A stretch of 64,000 nucleotides of DNA, from positions 354-64,353 of the forward strand of contig CANBTI010000006.1 of NCBI GenBank assembly GCA_947372355.1, read 5' to 3'. The notes beneath the pieces are model-generated. The model worked only from the letters and a program-made list of their open reading frames with translations. It had not been told where the DNA came from and made no database searches. Shown piece after piece: positions 50,033-58,038 of this stretch. Made by a program: the position numbers and the translations under genes. The first letter of the stretch is position 1. Each line of letters opens with the position of its first letter. The stretch comes from Bdellovibrionales bacterium (lineage in GTDB: Bacteria; Bdellovibrionota; UBA1018; CAIMNF01).

Positions 50033-50279
50033 TCAGGTTTTAGCTCAACTTATGTTCGATAAAGATTTAAATGTTACTGCTGCTTCAAAATGGAGTGACG
50101 AAGATATTCAAGAGATGATGACAACCTATCTCAAGACAAAACTTATCGCTTCAGAAACTAAAAACAATTCCTTGTATTTGATTATTAACGAAAAAATTTC
50201 GCAATTAAATTTGGCAATCAAACTTAAAACTAAAGCCAATTCCCATAACCAAGCGTCATACGAACAACCTTCAATTTAA
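50013..50279 (+). CDS. Hypothetical protein
   Basis: 88-aa ORF overlapping the R-M gene end; GGAG upstream. Confidence 0.5.
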   Translation: MKMLKDDQVLAQLMFDKDLNVTAASKWSDEDIQEMMTTYLKTKLIASETKNNSLYLIINEKISQLNLAIKLKTKANSHNQASYEQPSI

Positions 50280-50326
50280 TTCTTTCTATTTTTTCCTATC
50301 TCTACTTTGGAGATTCTAGTCGACAT

Positions 50327-50713
50327 CTAGCTTGAAGAGACATAAACCCAGCCAGATTTTTCTTTCAAACGACGCAATATTTTTTGTCTAACTAATCTTA
50401 CCAAAGGCGTTGAAATCATATTTACTGAATAAATGTGGCCATTTTTTTCAAGCTCTTCCCTAGTTTCTCCAATTGTGCGTCTCGTTTTGAAGTATCCCGC
50501 GTTCGTTAACGCTATGACGTAGCCAGTGGGCCCACTAGATGTTCTTTTTGTTTTGGTCTTTGTTGGCGATGCTTTAAGCACATGTGCTTTAACGGCTGCT
50601 TTACCTTCCGAATCAAATTGAGCGATAGCTTTTGTCATTTGAATTACTTCATCTGGAGTGCCTTCCATTGTAACAAGGAGACCTGAAGGTAATGTTAATT
50701 GAGTTTTTGCCAT
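50327..50713 (-). CDS. Small protein with C-terminal winged-helix-like domain
   Basis: GYFKTRRTIGETREEL...ISTPLVRLVRQKILRR...WVY; AAGGA RBS. Confidence 0.7.
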   Translation of the reverse strand: MAKTQLTLPSGLLVTMEGTPDEVIQMTKAIAQFDSEGKAAVKAHVLKASPTKTKTKRTSSGPTGYVIALTNAGYFKTRRTIGETREELEKNGHIYSVNMISTPLVRLVRQKILRRLKEKSGWVYVSSS

Positions 50714-50730
50714 AATACTTTTTCCTTTTT

Positions 50731-51483
50731 TTAGTTGTTCGCCGAATGGGCCTTGATAACAATTTGAGCTTCCTGAAAGCCTTGCTGCGTAAGCTTATAA
50801 AGCCCTTCCGCATTTTTATTTAAAAGTTTTTTGTTCCATAGTCTTTTCATCACGCTTGAAACCGAAGATTGAGCTCTTCGATCCATACTACCGCGAACCT
50901 GAGAAAAGCTTGCGTTTTCAGGGTAATAGCTATGCAACAATACAAGTGCCTCTTCTTCGGTCGATAAGTCACCAAAGACGATTTTTCTGGTGTCAAAATC
51001 TTCTACCATCGCCTCAACAGGCAACTGAATAAAAGCGACAAGCTTACCTGCTTCTTGCATAGTGGACGAAGTCACACTACGAACCAATTCAGTTAAAATC
51101 CATTGCGCCGAGGAATAGCACCATCTCTGATCATAAATGTTTGGATCAACATCGCCTTTATGAAGAATGTTCCTTTTGTTTCGGAATGTGTACATTCCTC
51201 GCGCAACACGAGCGACACAAATTTTTAATCCATCGTGAAGATTAGCCTGTTGTGATTCCAAAGTTTTGAGATACTCATCAATATTTGGTTTATTTTCAAA
51301 TTTTCCGATATCCAGAAATTGCAATGCTTGAACGATAGATTCCACAAATTTACCAACAGATGATTTACCCAAAGTTCCCGTGACTGTATCCACACGGATA
51401 TTCATAAACTCATTAACCAAATCGGTAGCAAGTTGAGGGTCGATCTTTGAAGTTAAAATAGTAATTACGTCTTTAGATTTCAA
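50731..51483 (-). CDS. Putative HEPN-domain protein with C-terminal winged helix
   Basis: MYTFRNKRNILHKGDVDPN (R...H motif), GKFVE; C-terminal LKRLW-like helix followed by YKLTQQG. A TTG start at 51483 follows AAAGGA. Confidence 0.65.
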   Translation of the reverse strand: MKSKDVITILTSKIDPQLATDLVNEFMNIRVDTVTGTLGKSSVGKFVESIVQALQFLDIGKFENKPNIDEYLKTLESQQANLHDGLKICVARVARGMYTFRNKRNILHKGDVDPNIYDQRWCYSSAQWILTELVRSVTSSTMQEAGKLVAFIQLPVEAMVEDFDTRKIVFGDLSTEEEALVLLHSYYPENASFSQVRGSMDRRAQSSVSSVMKRLWNKKLLNKNAEGLYKLTQQGFQEAQIVIKAHSANN

Positions 51484-51599
51484 GTTGTAATCCTTTTGGC
51501 AGACATTTCGGTTCATTCATAAAAATATTTCAAGATTGTGAAACAGGTAACGTAGGGACGAGAATATTCAAAAGAGGCCCCAAACGTTACTCAGTCATA

Positions 51600-52202
51600 T
51601 TACTTTTCTCTTCTTACAAGCCCCCAATTTGCGGCATTCCAGCTCTCAGATGAGATGTCATTACAATAAGGCAAAAGAAACATTCCCAAACGATTCAATT
51701 CTGCACTTGTGAGACCTTCAAAAGGAATTTCAACTTTAACTTCGAAGCCTGTAGAAACTGGAAAAGAAAGCTTTCTCGAAGGCTTCCCCTGAGGACTTTC
51801 TTCTTGCTCCTGAGCTTTATTTTGATTGCGAGACTTACCTGTAGAAACATTTTCGTCTTTAGCCTTCGATGTCGATTGCTTAGTTCGACTGATTACAGAA
51901 CGTTCCCAAGCGGCCTTATCTTTTGACCATGCAGTGAAGTCATCTAAAGTATTTTTCACTCGAGACTTATAAACTTCAATAGTCTGACCAGTGAATTTAT
52001 CTTTATTTTTAATGCTGAAACGATGAACTACTGAGTCGAGATTCTTTGTAATATACTCAACACACTTTTGGTCATCATCAAGAACGTTAAAAAGATTGTT
52101 ACAAGCTGTTTTTCTTGAACCAGCAGTATTGGTGTTTAGGAAATTCTTATTTACCGTATAGTCTAAAAAATTGAAAACCTCTGAAATTGGCGTATGCATC
52201 AT
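51600..52202 (-). CDS. Uncharacterised protein: helical N-domain (integrase core-binding-like), linker, small C-domain
   Basis: FLDY...NTAGSRKTA...RF...QTIEVYKSRVKNTLDDF; strong AGGAGG RBS. The fold assignment is an inference. Confidence 0.65.
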   Translation of the reverse strand: MMHTPISEVFNFLDYTVNKNFLNTNTAGSRKTACNNLFNVLDDDQKCVEYITKNLDSVVHRFSIKNKDKFTGQTIEVYKSRVKNTLDDFTAWSKDKAAWERSVISRTKQSTSKAKDENVSTGKSRNQNKAQEQEESPQGKPSRKLSFPVSTGFEVKVEIPFEGLTSAELNRLGMFLLPYCNDISSESWNAANWGLVRREK

Positions 52203-52260
52203 GTAATTCCTCCTGCAGTTAGTAATGTTTCACCAATGAAAAATCTCACTGGCTAACTTC

Positions 52261-52346
52261 ACTATATTAACGCTTTCTTATTTTTGTCAACTCGTTAATA
52301 TGAAAGTTAACGATATTTTGACAATAATCAAGACACTCTGCATAAT
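52261..52346. promoter_or_regulatory. Back-to-back sigma70 promoters with TTAACG operator half-sites
   Basis: Minus: TTGACA (52290-52285)-N18-TATAGT. Plus: TTGACA (52318-52323)-N17-CATAAT. TTAACG/CGTTAA at 52267, 52293 and 52307. Confidence 0.75.
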
Positions 52347-52351
52347 AGATT

Positions 52352-52455
52352 GGCAGTTAATCAGTAATTATTAATTTGGGCTCTATGAGGAAAACCAGTT
52401 CCTAAAATTCCAACTTTAGTTCGGGGTACAGTGAGTACCCCGGCTCTTTATTTTG
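52352..52455 (+). ncRNA. Candidate ~100-nt small RNA
   Basis: Near-consensus promoter upstream, terminator-like hairpin downstream, only a 6-codon ORF inside. Confidence 0.45.
52422..52454 (+). terminator. Intrinsic terminator-like hairpin
   Basis: CGGGGTAC-AGTGA-GTACCCCG followed by a T-rich tract. Confidence 0.7.
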
Positions 52456-52985
52456 CATTCAAAAACTTCTTACAGTAATTGATGCGTGGGATTTTCGCCT
52501 GAACACATCTAAACTACCACCAAAGTCTACGTCAAAGTCCACGCTACATAGACTTTCAAAAAATTTCTGACCAACGTTTAAGAAATCTCTCAACAATATC
52601 CCTTACTTAATTTTTTCACGAATTGGCATGTAATCCGCACTACATCTCAACAAGGAGAATGGAAATGAACTACTTTGATTTTTCACTGCAGAACTTTTGC
52701 AGGAGTTTCGCACGAAACCCCTGCATGAAATGCAGCGGTTAATTCGGTCAAAACTAGGGAAAGTGGCCAATTTAGCACTACTTGGTTTTGTTCGAAAAAA
52801 TCTAAGTCACTAACATTAAAGGTGTTCGTCGCAATTCTCTCCAAACTCAAATATGGGCACGTAATTGCTATTAAGCAATCAGTGAAAACCCATCGTGGAT
52901 CATGAATCCACAGAAAAAGGAAAATCTATGTCCTGCTTTAAACAATTACAATCAGCTCTTCATTTTCAAACCAGAGGGCACTTGA

Positions 52986-53933
52986 ATGAAAAGTAACCAT
53001 CTCTTCTTAGCCCACCAAATCGCCCGCTTTGGAGCGATGTCGATTCAACAGATGCAGTTCGCCTGTACTGGCAAATGCCATCGAGCAACCCTCTATCGAA
53101 TGCTGAACGATCTCATTAAAAAAAGATTAGTGAAGCGCATCTCCCATTACGGAAAATCCTCATTCCTATACTCACCCACCACCGATCTCTATGAACTGAT
53201 CTACGGCGATGATTTGAAAAGAAACACCGGCCTAAATGGTGCGAACCTCCTTCATGCAGAAGCTGTGGCCGACGCACTTTTAAACTTGAGCCGGTATTCA
53301 TTTGTCACCGGGATCGCATCTGAATTTGAGATTCACTCCAGTGACGTGGAAGCATTCTGTAGTAACAGAACACCCGACGGCATTATCCAACTCACAAACG
53401 ATACTGGTTCATTCGTGCTCGCGGTGGAAGTGGAAAGAACCAGAAGGTCGAATGCAAGAATCAATGACGTGCTCAATAAATATAAGAAAACGTTTGCAAA
53501 CAAGAGTATGCAATGTGCTGGACTGATCATCGTAGCCGGCGACAATACTCTGCGCGATGTGTACCAAACGAAAATTGAAAAATATCATCCAGAGCTTGGC
53601 AAAGAAACCCTTGTCGTTACGATGGAGGAGCTTTCTACCTTGAAGGAAAAGCACTTTGGCGAATACCAAGGTGGCCCTGGAAAATGTTTAGAGAACATTG
53701 CGATGTGGTCTAATGGTGCACCAACCTTTTCTCCAATCATTTCAACAAATCGACATTTTAAAAACACCTCAATAGACCCATATGTAGATGGGCAGACAGC
53801 CACAGAAAACGAAACTGCAAAAACGGATGAAATGAATACAAATGACGATGATGATCAGAATGAAAATCACATGTTCTCTGCTCACGTTTTACCACAGGAA
53901 GTGCTTAAGCGAGTGTTTGCGGATACAGACTGA
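52986..53933 (+). CDS. Replication-relaxation (Replic_Relax)-like protein: wHTH plus PD-(D/E)XK domain
   Basis: N-terminal wHTH (RATLYRMLNDL), LLHAEAV, TPDG...LAVEVERT. Confidence 0.7.
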   Translation: MKSNHLFLAHQIARFGAMSIQQMQFACTGKCHRATLYRMLNDLIKKRLVKRISHYGKSSFLYSPTTDLYELIYGDDLKRNTGLNGANLLHAEAVADALLNLSRYSFVTGIASEFEIHSSDVEAFCSNRTPDGIIQLTNDTGSFVLAVEVERTRRSNARINDVLNKYKKTFANKSMQCAGLIIVAGDNTLRDVYQTKIEKYHPELGKETLVVTMEELSTLKEKHFGEYQGGPGKCLENIAMWSNGAPTFSPIISTNRHFKNTSIDPYVDGQTATENETAKTDEMNTNDDDDQNENHMFSAHVLPQEVLKRVFADTD

Positions 53934-53995
53934 ATGTTCGCGCGATATTTTTTTTCGATTCGGATTGAGAAATAAAAACACAAAAATAAATTTAC

Positions 53996-54033
53996 AAAAA
54001 TCAGCATATTCACGCGTATTTTTGCTGATTTTT
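53996..54033. promoter_or_regulatory. Inverted repeat upstream of xis-int
   Basis: AAAAATCAGCA-N16-TGCTGATTTTT. Confidence 0.55.
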
Positions 54034-54083
54034 ACAGAAAGAAGTAGTATGATTTTAGTTGTAAATACTGAGGTAACTCAGTA

Positions 54084-54275
54084 ATGATCTTTGATAATTT
54101 GGCTTGGATGACTTCAGCGGAAGCTGCAACTTATATCCGAAAATCAGTAGGCGCTCTTCACACAGCGGTTTGTCGTGGACAACTCCCCTGTCATAAATGG
54201 AGGCGCAGACTTTATTTTCGGAAAAATGACCTCGATAAAATATTAGAACACTCCCAACAAATCGGAGGCATCTAA
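54084..54275 (+). CDS. Excisionase-like HTH protein
   Basis: WMTSAEAATYI...GQLP...LYFRKNDLD; coupled to the integrase (TAATG). Confidence 0.85.
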   Translation: MIFDNLAWMTSAEAATYIRKSVGALHTAVCRGQLPCHKWRRRLYFRKNDLDKILEHSQQIGGI

Positions 54276-55426
54276 TGGCAGTATCTAGTTATGAAAAAAA
54301 TGGGAAAACTTTGTGGAAGGTTTATTTTAACCTTCGAGACAAAGAGAATAAATCCATCCGGGAACAAAAATTGGTTCTCGGTTTTGAAACAAAAGAAGCA
54401 GCACTCGCTGGAGAGAAAAAACTCGTAAGAGAAGTAACAGAGAGATTAGTTAAACGAGCAGCCCAGGGTTACAGTTGGGAAGCCGTGATTGATAAATGGG
54501 AATTGGCCATGAGGAACAACCCAACTATCTATCACTACCAACCTGACACGATCTTGAATCACGTTCGGCTGATCCGACGATCCACGGAAATTTGGTTAAA
54601 TAAACCAGCATCACTACTTACTATTGGCGATGCTCGTGAGGTTTTTAACAAATTAGAAATGGAAACTCGGAGCCATAAGTACCTGAGCAACATTAAGTTT
54701 GCGATTAACGTCGTTTACAAATGGGGAATGGAACAAAAGTTTATTCCCCATGTGCATGTTACTCCGGTTCAGGGCTTAGTTTTGAAGCGAACCCAAGAAG
54801 AGAAAGTTCCCGATATCCTCACGATTGATGAGATTCGGACTCTTCTTTATAACGCGAAAAAACTTGAACACCCTTGGTATCCGGTGTGGTCGATGGCTCT
54901 TTTGACAGGAATGCGTAATGGCGAACTTCACAGCCTTTTGTGGACAGACGTAGATCTGGAAAACCACAAAATCACGGTGAACAAGTCTTACCATTCTAAG
55001 AGAAAGATCATCAAGAGCACGAAGAGTGGCAATTGGAGAACGGTTCCCATATCCGACGATCTGAACGAACTGCTAGTTTTTCTCAAAAGCAAAACAGGAG
55101 CGACACAAAATGTGCTCCCCCGCTTTTGGGAATGGAATAGTGGTCGACAGGCTGAGGTATTGAGAGCGTTCTGTATAGGCATTGGAATCCGCCCTGTTTG
55201 CTTTCACGCTCTCAGGGCATGCTTTGCAACTCAACTGCTCGCTCTTGATATTGCACCAGCTAGGATCATGAAAATCTGCGGCTGGCGCGATTTAAAGACC
55301 ATGCAGGTTTATACTCGCCTAGCGGGTGTAGATGAGAAAAATGCGACTCAAGGACTTCGGATTTTACCGAATGATTCGGATGCGGCGCAAGAATTTGCAA
55401 ATCTTCTCAAGTTTAAACGTAAGTAA
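54275..55426 (+). CDS. Tyrosine integrase
   Basis: TGMRNGE, TKSG, FHALRACFAT, CGW, Y in MQVYTR. Confidence 0.95.
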   Translation: MAVSSYEKNGKTLWKVYFNLRDKENKSIREQKLVLGFETKEAALAGEKKLVREVTERLVKRAAQGYSWEAVIDKWELAMRNNPTIYHYQPDTILNHVRLIRRSTEIWLNKPASLLTIGDAREVFNKLEMETRSHKYLSNIKFAINVVYKWGMEQKFIPHVHVTPVQGLVLKRTQEEKVPDILTIDEIRTLLYNAKKLEHPWYPVWSMALLTGMRNGELHSLLWTDVDLENHKITVNKSYHSKRKIIKSTKSGNWRTVPISDDLNELLVFLKSKTGATQNVLPRFWEWNSGRQAEVLRAFCIGIGIRPVCFHALRACFATQLLALDIAPARIMKICGWRDLKTMQVYTRLAGVDEKNATQGLRILPNDSDAAQEFANLLKFKRK

Positions 55427-55440
55427 TGTGAAGAATAGTC

Positions 55441-55469
55441 GAGACAGGAAGGGATTCTCTTCCTGTCTC
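55441..55469. terminator. Hairpin after the integrase
   Basis: GAGACAGGAAGGGA-T-TCTCTTCCTGTCTC. Confidence 0.7.
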
Positions 55470-55533
55470 ACTTAAAAAACCTATCAAATGAGTTAACGAA
55501 GCGAATTCAAATCAAAGTCGGAGTGGCCGCCAT

Positions 55534-56332
55534 TTAAAGACCAATTCCCGCCCTAAATCCCCAAACGCTTTGATCATACTCTAAAAGATTTTCGCCATAG
55601 CCTTGAAAAATTTGAAAAACAGTCTTCACTAAAAAAGCACTACTTTTACCTTTGATCCGAAGGGTGAGCTCTCGTCCTCCTTGGAGTGGATTCAGATGCG
55701 TGGCTCCACCGGGAAAAAATTTTAGAGTTAGATCATTGGAATTGAAGTATCCATTCATAAAGCCCTCGATACTGGGTGAGGTTAGAGTTCTCAGCATCAA
55801 AATTAAATGGAACCCAAGCATGAGTGTTCCAAGTTAGTTTCACATCATTTTTGAAGAAAAAAGATTTTTGAAACTTCACCCCAAAGCGATCCCACGAACG
55901 GGTGGTTCGATCGCCCATTCCATTTGATTCATGCTCATAACCCACTAAATCAATTATGGCTTCAGATGGATCATCAAGATGGATGCGATAAAAAAGAGAT
56001 GGATTATAATCCACATCCCTAAAAGGACTCGATTTTTTAAATAGGTCCCAAAAAACTTTCTGAGTATAAGCGACATAAAAATCGGTATGGGTAAATATCT
56101 TAGCTTTGAAACTTATTTGTGCTTTCACCTCAGGTGCACCCACCAGAAAATACATGGGTTGATCGTGAGAAAGTTGAATTAAATCTTGATCGATGACTCC
56201 AGATTCAGCTGCTGAGCTATTTTGAGAGATCAAAACTAAAAATAAAATGGAGAAGATCAAATGACCAAAATGTCCCAGAGGTTTTGAGCAGAAAATACTC
56301 AAACCCAACCCATTACCTGTTTGTTTGCACAT
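55534..56332 (-). pseudogene. pldA: Outer-membrane phospholipase A, frameshifted near 55740
   Basis: QISFK, YTQ, SSPFRDVDYNP, HESNG, RSWDR in one frame; GYGENLLEYD...GIGL C-terminus in another. Confidence 0.8.
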
Positions 56333-56343
56333 GTTCTAAGATG

Positions 56344-56360
56344 AGCAATAATGATGCCGA
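56344..56360 (-). promoter_or_regulatory. Sigma54-type promoter of pldA
   Basis: TCGGCATCATTATTGCT (GG-N10-GC), C 13 nt before the ATG. Confidence 0.55.
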
Positions 56361-56370
56361 TGATAGCCTT

Positions 56371-57615
56371 TTACTCCGCAGTACCGATCGATTCAGCTAA
56401 TAATAATTGAGCAAATTTAAAATCACGACGGTATTGAAGATCTCGTAATTTCGTATCAAACAACTTCTCAGTAGCGCTTGCCACATCCAATGAGTTTTTA
56501 ATCCCACGTTTATACTCTGCTGTGGTGATTTCATAATAACGTTTTGAACGATCTAAATTCTTTTCTTCAAGATCAGCTCTAGATCCAATTGTTTTTAGTT
56601 TTGAAAAGGCCATCTCGACTTGAACTTTCATTTGTTGCTCTACACGCTTCATTGTAACTTCAGCTCGATCCATTTCATGAGCTTTACTCACCCGTTCATA
56701 ATAACTATCAAAACCCGAAAATAAAGGTAATGAAACTTTTAGAAGAATTCCAAGAGTCGGTGTTTCTGTTAAAATCCGATCTGCACGCGGTAGATTTCCA
56801 TAATTTGCCTCAAAATCAGCCTTAGGGAACCAAGATCCTAAGGTTGCAGAATGAGCAAAGGTTGCGATACTTAGATTTTTTTTAGCTTCAATTAAATCTT
56901 CACGTTCATTTTGAGCTTGTGAAATGAGTTCCGATAATTCTTTATTGACTGGAACACGATTCAACGCGCCACTAACTTCGATATTAGTATTAGTTTCATC
57001 ACGGCCTAAAATTCTCAAAAACTCACGCATAGAACTAAGTTTTTCTTGTTCTAAAAGTAAAAGATCAGAATGCAAAGTGGCTTCTCTCAATTCAAATTCC
57101 AAAACGTCAGAATCAGAAGTAATGCCTGCAGCTTTTCGTTTTTCAGCCATCTTTAATTGAGATTGATTGATTTCGAGTGCCTGAATTTTCAATTTATTCG
57201 CTTCTTGAATAAATAATAGATCGTAAAACTGATGAGCCACTTCTCTTTGAACTCGAACTTTTGTTTTCGCTAAATGAAAATCAGCAAACTCTTGTTCTTT
57301 TGATTGAGTTTTAAAAGCGTTAAAATCTTTGCCACCATTGTATAAATTATAACGCCCATAAGCGAATGCAAATCCATTTGAAGCATTCGTTTGAGAAGAA
57401 TGATAAGATTCTGCACCCCCTTCAATACCAATTTCGGGATAATAAAAGGATCTTGTCTTACCTTTTAATGCAGTTGCTGATTCTAATTTTAAATTCGCCT
57501 CCATCACTTCTTTATTGTGAATCATTGCTTCATTTAAAAAATCGGCCAGAGTAATACTATCGCTTGCCTGAGCAATCATAGAACTGAAAATTAAAATGAA
57601 TGGTATCTTCCTCAT
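56371..57615 (-). CDS. TolC-family outer-membrane efflux protein
   Basis: Two OEP repeats (YYPEI...LYNGG; WFPK...LPLFSG). Confidence 0.9.
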   Translation of the reverse strand: MRKIPFILIFSSMIAQASDSITLADFLNEAMIHNKEVMEANLKLESATALKGKTRSFYYPEIGIEGGAESYHSSQTNASNGFAFAYGRYNLYNGGKDFNAFKTQSKEQEFADFHLAKTKVRVQREVAHQFYDLLFIQEANKLKIQALEINQSQLKMAEKRKAAGITSDSDVLEFELREATLHSDLLLLEQEKLSSMREFLRILGRDETNTNIEVSGALNRVPVNKELSELISQAQNEREDLIEAKKNLSIATFAHSATLGSWFPKADFEANYGNLPRADRILTETPTLGILLKVSLPLFSGFDSYYERVSKAHEMDRAEVTMKRVEQQMKVQVEMAFSKLKTIGSRADLEEKNLDRSKRYYEITTAEYKRGIKNSLDVASATEKLFDTKLRDLQYRRDFKFAQLLLAESIGTAE

Positions 57616-57634
57616 GCCGTTCGCCTTTAAACTC

Positions 57635-58036
57635 TTAGTTTTGCGGTTCTACTTGAAATAAAACTTTTTCGGTCTTACTTTTGTATGAAACTTCTAAAGA
57701 AAATGAATAGTGATAAGCGCCTTTAGCATCTACGATTGCTTCATAATGATCCCCCACTTGAGATAATTTTACATTTTCTTTCTTTTTCTTCGGAACTTGT
57801 GAACTCGCAACCAATTTTACATCATTGGTGGAAATTGCAGTGAGATCATGAGTGAGTGGGTATAGTTTAATACCTGAAGCATCACTCACCAGTTCAATAT
57901 AAAGCTGATTAGTTCCTTTAATCACTCCACCATGAGGCGCTGCAATTGAACCCGGTGTTTTGTTATGACCTTCGTGTGCAAATGCAGTACCAATAAACGC
58001 CAAACTCATTACCAACATCATTATTTTTTGTTTCAT
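57635..58036 (-). CDS. Small secreted His-motif protein
   Basis: Signal peptide then HEGH...APHGG...IELV. Confidence 0.75.
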   Translation of the reverse strand: MKQKIMMLVMSLAFIGTAFAHEGHNKTPGSIAAPHGGVIKGTNQLYIELVSDASGIKLYPLTHDLTAISTNDVKLVASSQVPKKKKENVKLSQVGDHYEAIVDAKGAYHYSFSLEVSYKSKTEKVLFQVEPQN

Positions 58037-58038
58037 AC

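Larger units (their letters stand above)
46524..55535. mobile_element. Integrative element inserted at the tRNA-Arg(CCT) 3' end
   Basis: Direct repeat GGCCGCCATTT at 46524-46534 and 55525-55535; integrase and Xis beside the distal repeat; R-M and orphan cargo. Confidence 0.85.

Noticed and set aside
52203-52985. Retron msr-msd, DGR template or CRISPR mini-array
   Set aside because: No reverse transcriptase or cas gene in the window and no regularly spaced repeats.
53842-54084. Track ORF 53842-54084 (+)
   Set aside because: Overlaps the Replic_Relax-like gene end and spans an AT-rich promoter/operator region; no coding signature.
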